Part shown: positions 36,113 through 48,539 of the stretch, piece after piece
Layout of the letters: each line of letters begins with the position of its first letter
How positions within the stretch are numbered: position 1 is the first letter of the stretch
Source: Chrysemys picta bellii
Lineage: Eukaryota
Length of the DNA stretch: 64,000 nucleotides
Direction of reading: 5' to 3'
Assembly (NCBI RefSeq): GCF_011386835.1
Contig: NC_088795.1
Coordinates: 91,140,001-91,204,000, forward strand
Notes under the pieces: model-generated
Database searches by the model: none
The model's input: only the letters and a program-made list of their open reading frames with translations
Told to the model about the DNA's origin: nothing
Position numbers and translations under genes: made by a program

Positions 36113-38345
36113 AGAAAAAGCACACCGTATTTCACTGACTCTAATTGGCGTGGATGCTCTGCTTCTCTTTCACTGACTATTAAAGGATTTGTGATCAAAC
36201 AAGGCTCACTTCTGCTCCTATTAAAGTCAATTGCAAAACTCCATTGACTTCTGTGGGAAGAAAATTGGGCCCCAGTCTCTCTCTCTTCTAATCAGCCTTA
36301 TGCTTCTGGCCAGCTTATTCACTGGTGTGGCAAACCTGTTGTTTGTGACATCCCAATAGATATCACAGCAGCAAATGCTATGATGTTTAATGTTACAGAA
36401 TGACTCTGACAGGAGTGAGGAAGTTGGATAAGAAGGAGAAAATGTTGTATTATGGATAAATGCCTTGGTGACATACAGTTAAGAAAAATATCATGCTGTA
36501 TTTTCTTAATAGAGTTTTGATGAGAAAATTAGTAAGTTTGCCTGGGTTGGGTGAGAACTCAAAGAAAAGCCTCAGAATTTCAGAGGGAAAAGAAATATAG
36601 CTATTTTTATATTATATTTAATATATGTTATATTTGTATATAAATATGAAAAGATTATAGTAAGAACTCTCCATATGCCTTCCATTTTATCTAAACGTTT
36701 ACCTCCTGGTGCTATGGCTCCAGTGTATCACCATCTTTGTAGGCATTATGCCTGTTGCCAACCAACATCAAAGTTAATGTTCCAATATCCTTACAACAGA
36801 TAGGCCCCAGTTCAGCAGTGTGCCTAACCTGAAGCATGTAAGTTAGTCCAATTTAAGTGAATGCTGACATACTGTGCTGAATAGGGTCCTCAGTTCTCCT
36901 CAGTGCCCATGCTGGCAATTTTTCATGGGAAAAGGAGAAACCCTCGCAAGACTCGAGTAGCGCAGTTTAAAAAAAGGTTTTGGAATAATGATAAGCACTT
37001 TACTGAAAAGAACTATTCGGAAAACAGTTAATTATTTTAGGCAATGGAACGGTTCAAAAGTGGCCCAACGGGATTCGAATGTAGAAAACTGTCAAAGAGG
37101 CATTTCTGGAAAATGTTTCTAAATGTGGTGATCCTTTGAGGCTCTAAGTGTGAGATTAAAAAGGCATCTAAAATTGGTTGATTTTGTTTTAATATGGCCT
37201 TAGGAAAGGCTAAATCTACATAAATACTAGCTTCTTTTGAGATTTCTTTTAAAATTGCACAATTGCCTGTGAGAAAGAAATGATCAGTAGGCTTATTAAC
37301 CTGTTCAGTAATTCTAAACGGCCCTTGGGATTATAATTTGCATTAAAATATGTGTAGAGGGTTTACAGATGTGGCCTTTAGTAGACTGTTGCAGTCCCCA
37401 AATCTAGAATAACTAGTATTCTTAGAGATAAAACCAGATGTAGTTATGAGTACATTTTAAATGCCATGGCATCATGCAATGTCAGCACATGCATGTTAGA
37501 TTCGTGTCTCCCTTTGAAATCATTCTTGAAACAAGATACTCATTGAGAAGGGCTGGGGAAATTATTATTTTTGGATAAAAGGGAGAAAAAGACCAGCATA
37601 GTACTGAATCTTCTTTTTTTTAATCCTCCCCAGTGGAAAAAGTTAAAAACTATTTGAAACTCATTGGGATAAAGAATTTTGTATCCAGTATATTTGAAGT
37701 TGAATGTTAAATGGCTCATAGTACATGAGAGAAACTTTGAGAGATTTTTAAATTAAATCTGGTTGTCCATTAGAACTTTTTTTTAATATCCTGATTTTAA
37801 CACTACATTCCTTGTTTTTTTCTTTAATAAACAAGTAATTTACAGGCTCTGTTTGCTTCATGCTTTGTCATCTGCATGGGTTTGGCCAGCATGGTATGCT
37901 AAATTGTACCTATAAATAAAAAGGGAAAAACAAAACACTGTGTATGAACAAAATACTGAATTGCCTGATATGGAGATCCCAGCCAAGACTGAGAAGTGCT
38001 GCACTAACAGACAATCAAAATGGGTGACTATTTATGAAAGACTTTGGGGAATGATCTTAAAGAAGTAACTGCTTTGAAAGCAGTTGGTTTTTTTTTTAAA
38101 TAAGGTAAAACTATTTATTTTAAAATATATCAATTGGATTGAATTTTGAGTTTTTAAGCAGTGTTGAATTCACAGTGTCTTGGGTTTTGGTTTGGTTTTG
38201 TACTTTCTAACTGGCATTAGAATTGTATATGTAGAAAACTAGTGCCACTCATACTGACGTCAGGAAATGTAGATACAGTTTCCTGGTGTTCATGTGACCA
38301 TTACTAACTGTCAATTTTTTAAATTGAATAAATGTAACTCATTTG
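33036..38345 (+). other. CLOCK: Probable long CLOCK 3' UTR (end uncertain)
   Basis: AT-rich, TE-poor sequence after the stop, with AATAAA at 37826, 37915 and 38327; mammalian CLOCK has a multi-kb 3' UTR. Confidence 0.55.
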
Positions 38346-39963
38346 AAATTCTACTTCTTGTAGCTTCTAAGGTTCTGGTAACTTTTCTGATTTCACTTTT
38401 ATATCCTACAGGGTTCCATAGTTAAAGATCTCTTAACATTTGAACAAATATACCAAAGGCACTTCCTTTCTTCCATACCCTGACAAAGAACAGTGATATG
38501 GCAAATGAGGGTAGAGCTATATTTAAAATGTATATTGCACTTTTTCTTGCCTACTTTCTGTATCGCTTCATAAAATGATGGCCTGTCCTGAAGATTACAG
38601 AGATGTCAGTGTTTCTTATATCTGGTATTGTTTTCAGCCCTTGTGTAAGGGATATAAGACAGATGGCAGTCTCTGTTTTAGTTAAAATAATCTAATGCTT
38701 TCAAAGAGTAGTATTATCTGTTCAGATTATGCCCTTGGATATATCTGTGTATTCTTCATGATGCGTAGGTGTAACAGAAGGCAGAATTTGACCTAATTTA
38801 TGTGTCTTCATTACTATCTTGAAACTGATCAAGCCAGTCTTGTTTGAATATGTACTCTTTGCAACTAAAATGTTTTAATAATGAAGTGTAAAGATTTCAT
38901 GCCTTCCTTACATTTGCATGGTGACATAAATAGTTCTGTATGCAGCACTGGGGCAGCATATAACCCAATGTGGTGGTTTAATTAAACAGACTGGGCCAGA
39001 TCCTGCTCTCACATTGAAATAACTCCATTGACTTCTGGTTGGCTTTGGTGGCGTTACCCTGGAATGTGGAATTGGATCTAAAAGTGTGCCCTGTAACTCA
39101 AGATAATGGGAATGTGGCAAATGTGCTAAAAGGTTTGTTTTTGTTTTTAATTTCTGGGCAAACTATGACATCACTTCATTGTCAGAACGCTGATCTTTTC
39201 ATGTTGGGAGTGAGATTGTACTAGTGCAATCCCATTGCTGGCAATGAGTGCAAAGTTAATGTAGAATTAGCCATACAAATTCTTTAGCTGAAAAAACAAA
39301 TCTGCACCAGATGATGGTGTCTTTTTATAAAAAGACAGTCCGTTTTCTTAAAACAGAACTTAGGGAAATATCAATGTATTTTTCCATATACTTATCAACC
39401 AGAAGAGCTATAATTCAAACTGCTGATATAACTGAAGCAGTGTTGTTCAATTACATTTCACTGTTGTGCAAGTTTGGGAACCAGCACCTTATTTAGACAA
39501 GACCATAACTGTTTAATATTTGTAAAGATTAAAAATTGAAAGTCTAGTTAACAAAGCACTTTTTTCTGCCTCAAAGGGCTAGTGGAAAATAGAAGTTTAA
39601 TTTTTGTAAATTTCCTATTGTTGACATGGAGTAGTAGTTGAAACAACATCAATGAATAATTTTTCACTCTTACTAGTGTGCTGTACGGAGCTAGGGATGC
39701 ACTGTCCTTTCCATTACTGTCACTACTGCTTGGCTCCTGAAATTAATTGGATCAATTTAGTTAATTTGGGGGAAAATCATCATCCTAGTCAACTAGAGGA
39801 AACTAAAAAAAATTATGGTACATGCTAAGTACAGATAGGTGACACGTGAGTGAATGAAAAGCTGTTTTTCCTTCCCCAAGAACGCTGCTGGTGTTGCAAA
39901 CGCTGCCTACGCTAGCAAACTTCGTAGCTGTAATTCACCACTGATGGAACTATTCTGGTATTA

Positions 39964-40258
39964 GGGTATGTCTACACTTACCATGGATTGACGCTGTGGC
40001 GATCGATCAACCGGGGGTTGATTTAGTGGGTCTAATGAAGACCCACTAAATCGACCAAAGATCACTCTCCCGTTAACTCCAGTACTCCACTGGAACGAGA
40101 AGCCTAAGGTAAGTCGATGGGAGAGTTTCTCCTGTCGACCCAGCGCAGTGTAGACCCCACAATAAGTCGACCTAAGCTACATCGACTCCAGCTACGTTAT
40201 TTACATAGCTGGAGTTGTGTAATTTAGGTTGACTTAACCCCATAGTGTAGACCTGCCC
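39964..40258. mobile_element. Harbinger MITE
   Basis: tta|GGGTATGTCTACACT ... AGTGTAGACCTGCCC|ttt (TSD one mismatch). Confidence 0.75.
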
Positions 40259-41861
40259 TTTGTGTAGACAAGGCCAAATAGTGACTTTAGCTTGTGAGAC
40301 TTGGAGGCCACAGATGCCAAGAATGTGAATAACAGCACTGAACAGATTTAATTTCATTATTTAATCTCCCACAACATGAGCCGAGATTTTGGTTAGGATG
40401 AGACCCTATATTAACCTGTGTAGGGTGAATGGCCTAAGCCACAAAGGTCCAATCTTGCACCTTTATTCATGTGAAGTCAGTGGGGCAACTCGTGAAAAAG
40501 GTCTGCAGGATGGGACTATATTGGAACTTTGACAGGAGGGGTTTCAGCTGGACTGATTACTGACGGGAGTAAGGGATCCAGAATCCAGGCCTCAAACTGC
40601 TGCAAAATCTAGCATGAGCTGCATTTAGGAATAGACTCTGAGGTTGATACTGGCTGGTTTTCAGGTATAATTGGAGGCCAGTTCAGCTTGTACAACACCT
40701 CGTTCTAACCTGTGCAATCAATCACTGACTCTCACGACCACAAAATTTACATTTAAATGCCATAAAGTAGTCATGCTTCACAACTATAAGCCCATTAGCA
40801 GGCTTTTTCTGGAATATATCCAACACATTCACATTGCTCTCCTGATACTGTGTTTTATTAGTGTTGAAGATTGTACCTGTACTTTGTTTTTGCCCAGTTT
40901 CTATTGAAAACTTTGTACTGGCAACAGAGCAAACCTCATGTTTAAAAGTCTGGTGGTAGCTTAATCTCCCCTTAGTATTCTTTAACATATAGAGAAATTA
41001 AATGAGACAAAGAATTTTGTTTTACCAAGTTATCTTTAATTTATGCTGATCTTTGTACAGCTTTAAAGAGATAAGCAAGCTTGTACAAATACTCTGTTCT
41101 TTTTCCCATTTGAAATACTATAACTGATGTCTCCAGAATTACATTTCATCCCAACAGATCCAAGCAGTAGCAGCTACCCTCGGGGCTGCCTTTTTTTGCT
41201 TCTACTGTTAAAGCTCGGAAATAAAACATACCTCACGTGTTTTTCCAGGTGACTTACATTGCAGGTTGGGTTTTGGTTGCACTGAAGCCTGAATACAGTG
41301 TTCACCACCTCAGCATTGCACTATAGTTTTATGGGCAAATTGGCTATTAAGCGAGCTGCTTAGTCAGTGATGCAGCTTCACATTTGTTTACATTCACTTG
41401 GCCCCAATATTACATCTACATCTGTTTCCTTCCCATGAACCCAGGAGGAGATCCTATTAACCGTGTTACGTAGAAATCTGTCATTGATTATGTTCTTAAA
41501 GTAGCCTTTATCTGCAAGCCCCATGGGCCTTCTCCAGATAACTGCTTATAATATCCGTTCAATGAGGGTAGAGGACTACAGAACTCTCATTTAGCACTAT
41601 GTATTCATATAGTACAAGCATCAGTCTGGAGCCAGGAAAACATATGGCAAGCAGTGGGACAAGGCTAGAACAAGTGGGGGAAAAAAAACATCACTTGCTC
41701 TTTCCTAAAGTGTTTCAGATGTCAGTTGCCAACTCCAGAACACAGCTTAATGTATGTTACAGCCACTCATAGGGACCATCAGTGTTACTCAGGCTTTCTA
41801 CAGAAGAGCTATTTAACGTCACTGGAAAGGCTCAATGCAACCTTTACATGTTAATCAGTAG

Positions 41862-42315
41862 TGGGGCTCCGTGTTTGTCACGGAGGTTGCAGAAGTCACC
41901 GATTCCGTGACTTCCTGTGACCTATGTGACTTCTGCAGAGGCCAGCTGCTCAGGCAGCCCTGGGGACAGCCACACCCGGATCTGCAGCCAGCCGCACCGG
42001 TCGCTGCTCTGGCAGTCCCGGGCACCTGGCCTTGGGGACCACCTGCGCAGCGGTCCCGGTGGTGGTGGGAGTTGCCGCAGCTTGACAGCTCCTGGCGGCA
42101 GTGCCAGGCGGCTGGAGGAGCAGCTGGCCCTGGGGCTCCCATCCCCAACCCCACCGTTGGTGCTGTAGGCTACTCTCCCTGCCACCTCCCAAGATTCAAT
42201 CATGGGTATTTTTAGTAAACGTCATGGACAGGTCACAGGCTATGATTTTTTGTTTCTTGCCTGTGATCTGTCCATGATGCTTACTAAAAATACCCATGAT
42301 TAAATTGTAGCCTTA
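41862..42315. mobile_element. Non-autonomous hAT-like element
   Basis: 8-bp TSD atca(g/t)tag at 41854-61 / 42316-23; subterminal gtcacgg/ccgtgac repeats. Confidence 0.65.
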
Positions 42316-44589
42316 ATCATTAGGTAAGTAGATCAAAGGGTTAGCTGGAAACTGGATAATTTTGGGGGGGAGGGGAGGAGTGGTAACCATGGAAGGGAAG
42401 ACGGGAGGCACAGATCACCTTGAGAGCTCAGGCGTGGGAGGCTCATATTTTCCATCCAAAGAGATATTTCATTGCTTATTACCCAATACTAGGAGCCTGG
42501 GGCAGAGGTGCAGGATGGGGGTTCCGGGCTGGGGCAGAGTATTAGGATGCAGGAGGGGGTATGGGGTACTGCCTCTGGGGCGGGTCAGGGCTGGGGGTGC
42601 AGGAGGGAGTTTGGGTGCTGGCTCTGGAAGGGGGCTCAGGGCTGGAGGTTGGGGCACTTGCACCTCCGGCAGCTTCTGGTCGGCGGAGCAGTGGGGCTAA
42701 GGCAGGCTTCCTACCTGCCCCTGCCCCTGCCCCACTCTGGCACATCGGCACCTCCTTTCCATCATGAGCTGGGCCACACCCCTACCCCCTGCCAGCCAGT
42801 AGTGCATTATGTGCCCACACTGCTCCTGGACCTGGGGGCGGGAGGGCATGTGGCACTGCCCCACAGCTCCCTGTTCCTGGCAAATGGGAGCTGTGGGGGC
42901 GGTGCTTGCAGTCAGGAGCAGGTGGAGACCCCTAGCCACCCCCCCCCCTCCACCCATCTCCCGACAGGAGCATGCTGGCTGCTTCTGGGACTGGCGGGGG
43001 AGTCCCCAGATGGTGACCAATGCCCTAGGGGCACGGAGGACAATCCCAACTAGTAATGTATAGCCTTGGTGCTGCAAAAGGGCTGAGGAAAATTATATGC
43101 ACAATTAGTGGGAGGAAGCAATTAGAAAGATGAAAATGAAAATTGGGAATTTAAGAAGAGTTTATTAGATGTTTAAAAGCCACAATTGTAAAAGAAAACA
43201 GCTCAGGGAGTAAACGCATCAATTGGCAATACTATTGTGTTCATAAACGGTGGGGGGAAATAGCAAGCAATATGCATTAGGTGTTATGAACTGACTCTTT
43301 TACCATCCAGCTTTAGCTCGATACAGATTTTACGTACGCTTCCTAATAAAGTGCCAGTGTCTTCACTGTAGCCTCAGTCAAGCATGGAGAAGGGCATAAC
43401 TCCGTTCTCAAACTTCGTTGCACCGCAACCTCCGTCTGACAATTAAAATTACCACACAGCCCCAGGAAGTGGAACCGAGGCCTGAGCCCACCCGAGCCTC
43501 ACCGCCTGTTCCCTTAGTCCCGCAACCCAGGGCTGAAGCCAAAGCCTGAGCCTCGCCGCCCAGGGCCGAGGCTTCAGCTTTGTCCCTGGGCCCCAGCCAA
43601 TCTAACGCCAGCCCTGATTAAAATGCGGTTGTCATCCACTTTGAGGTCATGACCCACAGTTTGAGAACTGCTGAGCTAGTGGCTGATATCCCATGAGAAC
43701 ATTCAGCAGAGGTTTTAGGATGGAAGTAAAAACTATTCCAAAGGTGTATAAATATTTGCTGGAACAGTAGGTCTAGATCTGGGCCTCCCACTTGAGTGCT
43801 GTACCCACCACATGAGCCACTGACTCACTTTTCCCTAACTCAGTGACTTTCTAATTATTTATCTACAGTGCCGGTGGGTCTCCAACAGGCTGGGTTAGAA
43901 AAGGTATGAGACCTAGCCGCCACCACCACCTGTTCTGACTCTGGTGGTTCTTACAAGAAATGGCTTAAGTTCCTGGCTCAGGGTTGCAAGCAGAGATAGG
44001 TGCCTCCCTCCAGTCTGGACTGTGGAAGAGGGGTTGGTTGTAGGACACACACCTCTCATCGTCTGCCATTGTAACACCCTGGTCATCGGTGGGTGGGATT
44101 GAACCTGGGACCTCTGGAACTTAGTGCATGAGCTAAAAGCCATATGGCTGTTTATCTAAGGCTGTAGAGCAGAGTCCTTAATCTCTAAGTGATCCCAATG
44201 GGACAGAACACCACACCCAGCAGGCATGTGGGTTATACCATGGCCTAGCTCAGGTGTCTCTCTGCTCAGCAGGCTTTTGTGAATCCTATTTCTTCCCAGT
44301 CATTGTATATGCACCTAACCAAGGCTTATATCCCAGTGATTTTTCTAGGCACCTAAACTGTAGGTATTTTGCTACAGCTTTAATATCTGAAGTCCCTTTA
44401 TGAATCTAGCCCAAAGTGTGTTCTGTGCCTTCACACTGCAGCACTGTTCCACTACCCTGGTCAGTTGAACCACATACTGACATCAACAGTGGCTCAGTTT
44501 TATAATACAAGTAAGCTACTGCCTAAGAGTTGTAGTGTTATGCAGTTTGAACAGATGTAAAATGACAATATGGGGAAATGTAGTGGTAG

Positions 44590-44722
44590 AGCTGTGCAGG
44601 TCCCAGGATATTAGAGAAGGTGGGTGAGGTATTAGCTTTTATTGGACCCACTTCTGTTGGTAACCTGAAGAGTTCTGGTGTAGATTGAAACCTTGTCTCA
44701 TCCACCTTGTCTCTCTAACATG
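44590..44722. mobile_element. PLE family-1 terminal fragment with inverted arrangement
   Basis: aggtgggtgaggtattagcttttattggacccacttctgttgg followed by cctgaagag...gaaaccttgtctc and ccaccttgtctc. Confidence 0.6.
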
Positions 44723-45368
44723 GGGGAAGGTACATCGACCTTGCAACTTAGCATTCCTTTTGCATATTTCACCTGCTGCACAGTCCCAGCATGGTACGCA
44801 GACCTAGCTTTATATGGCAAATTAAAGTATAGCCTTATTCGTAAGTGAAACATTACACTAGCATCAGCTCCCTCCAGTTCCTGTTCCTCACTGTATCAGA
44901 ACGTTCTCCACCATGGAAAAGTGTCCATGCAGTGATAAGCTGCAATTCCACAGCACGTGGTTGCTTTTACCCCTGTTCTGCATGTCACGCACTGGACAGC
45001 AGCTGGGGCTGGAAACTAAAAAACTAATTTAACGCAGGCAGTTTTTGAAATGTTGCTCAGTCTACTTTACACATAGCTTAAACTACTCCCTCCCTTACCT
45101 CAGGTCTTAATTTGGAGTTTTGCACTGAGGCTTAAGAGTTTGGCGCAGTTATGAAATACAGGAAAAAATTCACAGCTGGTGGTAAGGGCTTGGTTGTAGA
45201 TGAGACTGGGTGGGTGGTCCTCTCCTATTGTGAATTATCTCCAACTCAACCACTGCCACTAGCCCTTAGTGTAGAGTACACTAAAATCACCTAACTCTTA
45301 AGTAGCTTGCTGCCTAAGGGAGTTCTCAGTCCTAATTTAGACACTCAGGTTCCCCCTCCATTGTATGA

Positions 45369-45613
45369 GGCCAGGTCTATACTACAGAATTACATCAGTA
45401 TAACTACATTGCTCGAGGGGTGGCAAAAATCCACCCCCAAGTGCCCCAGTCATACCAACCTAATCCCCACTGTAGACAGTACTATGGTGATGGTAAAGCT
45501 TCTCCCATGGACCTAATCCACCTCCCTAGAGGCAGTAGCTAACTACACTGACAGAAGCGTCGCCACTACAGCTACACAGGTGCAGCTATAGCACTGTACA
45601 TGAAGGCAAGCCC
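45369..45613. mobile_element. Older Harbinger MITE
   Basis: ggccaggtctatactac left terminus; decayed right terminus ending ccc|taa. Confidence 0.55.
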
Positions 45614-46723
45614 TAAGAAAGGGATTCTCAGAAGCCAGCCAGCTGAATAGGAGCAAAATGCAGAGCAAAGGGGCAGGGCCAGCTCTTCAAAGGTATTTAG
45701 GCACTTAGTTTAATGGGAGTTGCAGCCCTAGGCACTTCACTGAGGGCCCAAAGGGAAACGTCACATGGTGTTCTGGCTTTTCAGCCATGAACATTCTTCT
45801 CCTGCAATTAGCTGCCCATGCAAGGGTAGGAAAAATGAGACACTCCCTTACAGGGTAGGGCACTCACTTTAGCTGTGGGAGAGCTGGCTTCAAGCCCTTG
45901 TTCTGGATCCCTAACCCCTCTAAATTACTGAGCACTCACAATTCCCCCAATGGTAGCTCAGCTGTCTTTTTGTGCAGGCGCCCATGCTCTAGGTGTGGTC
46001 AGGTCACATCTGTGGGACTGTTACTAGACCCTGGTGGGCATGTAGGCTAGGAAACACTTAGTTGAAAGTCACACTGGGACTCAGTTGTTGGGCGGCCTCA
46101 GGACTTAAAGAGCCACCACCTATTTAGACTAGTCAGATTCCCCATTTGTGATGTTGAAGTCACCACCAGAACCCTTCTGAAGTAGTAATAGGTATCGTGA
46201 TCTGGAGACTCTAGTGCCATTAGTAGGAGTTTGAGAATGGGAGGCTAAAAAACAGTAGTTTGATTCACTTTATTTCCATAACCTTACACAGATGTTCAGA
46301 CACCTTAAAAAGCAACTTAATCCAAATAAAATATGCCCAGGTTCATTTTTCTGGAAAGTTTGCTGCTGGTGTAACCCACTTTAACATTTACTTTAGTATA
46401 CGTGCAGTTCGTTGTTCAACTAATCTTTCTAAGAGGCACGTTAGAGGGGTGCATTTAGGTTTTTGTTGTTGGGGGTTATATGAAGGAACATCTTTGAGTT
46501 AGGATGCAGTGCTGGGTGGGAAGGCTATTACTACAGTTAAAGGTACAGTTTCTTTGGTACATACATACTATATAATCTGAGGGCAGCTAGACAATTGCTT
46601 TTTTGGTCAAGTTTTGCCTGCCCCAAGAAGTTTCAAGTTCAAGTGTTTCTGAAAGTTACACTTCAAGCCTACAACTATTCAAGTCTTCACTTTGTCAGAC
46701 TCAGTATTTATATTTGTCCTAGG

Positions 46724-47256
46724 CAGGGGTGAAAGTAAGTTAGGCCACTTACTGGTATGGGCCGGGGGGACGGCTCTGGCCCCCGGAAGGGACGGGGCCT
46801 CGGGTGGAAGGGATGGGGCTGGGGGCGTCAGCATCCCCTAACCAGCCCTTTCAGGCCACCTGGCCTGCGCTGCCTGGAGCTCCCAAGTTGATTTAAAGGG
46901 CCTGGGGCTCCAGACACTGATGCTGCACTAGCGGCAGCAGCGTCTGGAGCCCCGGGCCCTTTTAAATTGCCAGCCCCAGGGCAACTGCTCCCTTTGCCCC
47001 GCCCGTCGGAGGCTGCGGGGGGGGGGGGGGGGGGGGAGGAGGAGACGGGGTAGGGACATTAAGGCGCTGCAGGGCCCTTTTCCACAGCAGTGTTTTAACG
47101 TCGCTGCCCATCCCCCGTTGATGGCCCTGCCAGGATGGACCCTACCAGCAGGGCTGCCGACAGGGGAGGCAAAAGAGGCAGGGACATTAAAGCACTGCCA
47201 CAGCAGCACTTTAATGTGGGCTGCGTATGGGTCGGTGCAGCTCACTTTCACCCCTG
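46724..47256. mobile_element. Non-autonomous hAT-like element
   Basis: TIRs caggggtgaaagt / actttcacccctg; TSD gtcctag(g/a). Confidence 0.8.
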
Positions 47257-47609
47257 GTCCTAGAGCACCTGCTAAAGCCAACCATCATGGACTGCACTTT
47301 ACAGAAGTCTGCTACTTCATGTATTTCAGCTTAAAACACTGCATTATACGCCACGCACCTGGTGTGAATTCAGAAGCCAACTCCACATTGCATAAACGGC
47401 AGAGTGCTTACAGATATATTCCGGTAATAAAGCTGTGCAAAGTTGTCATGACATCTTATCACTCCAGCCACAAAATCAACATCGCTTCCCTTTTCAACCA
47501 TACCTGGATAAGAAGCGAGCCTCTCCCTCAGTGCACGCAAGAAGCCATTACCTCGCTCTCTGCTAAGGGAATTAAATGAACCACCATCAAAAAAGAAGTT
47601 GAAAGTAAC

Positions 47610-48462
47610 TAAAATGGAGACACCACTGTTTTATTTACATTCCCCCCATTACACTATTAAAGAAAATAACACATCTTAATCTGTAAGAATTGCATTATTG
47701 TTCAAATTTGGGAATGCAGCATTGTCAAATATTGACCATTTTATTACTATGATGTATATTATAAGTTTTCAACTTAATACAAAAAAGAATTGGTTAAGAA
47801 AAGAAAATCAGATCTAGCCAGATTGTCTGTTGTTGAAAACAGTACATCATGAGTCAGCACTTTTGTTGACTTCATACCAAAGGCCCCTGATTAAGATATT
47901 TGCTTTTTAAAAATTAATTCTAAACGTTTCAATAGGTGGTTCAGTCACTTAATGGCATGGGAACTGCCCTCAGGTTTCTTAGGCTACTAGGGTATCCTGG
48001 AAGTGAAGTGTGAGTCAATGATTTTCTCCCTCATACTGGCTATTGGGAAATTTGTAACATCATAAATGCCTGTTGGCAAGGCAGCTGCTCAATTAGCCAG
48101 ATGGATAAGCTCTAGAACAGACAGCAATAGTGATCATGTGGAACAGAGGAAGGAAGCCTCATGTTTGTGGATGCAGATCCTCAAAAGCCATCTGATCAGG
48201 TTCAGCAAGCAAGAAAGCGACTCAAATCCTGTGAGGCACCCAACCACCACTTAAATACACCTTGCAAACCAGACAGGAAGCAGATCTTCATGGCACAGGG
48301 TCCACGAATGTGCCAAACTGACAAATCATTGCTATAGAAGTGCAGTCTCTCATTTTCAGTGCTTGTTTAGCAACAATACCTGTACATTATATACAGCAAC
48401 ACACAAGGACAAGCTTGTTCCTCCCAATCCTTGCTCTTTTAAAGAGAATGAAAAAAAGCTTG
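47610..48462 (-). other. TMEM165: Probable TMEM165 3' UTR
   Basis: Follows the stop; AATAAA on the - strand at 47630-47635 and about 47740-47745. Confidence 0.55.
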
Positions 48463-48539
48463 TTAAAAACCAGACTCTGGGCTTATAAATAGTGCAGAGA
48501 ATGCAAACGCCAAGAAAACAATGCCTCCTATGATTGTCA
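48463..48539 (-). CDS. TMEM165: TMEM165 exon 6 (VTIIGGIVFLAFAFSALFISPESGF*)
   Basis: tttcag|TG ACA...TTT TAA, 77 nt. Confidence 0.97.
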
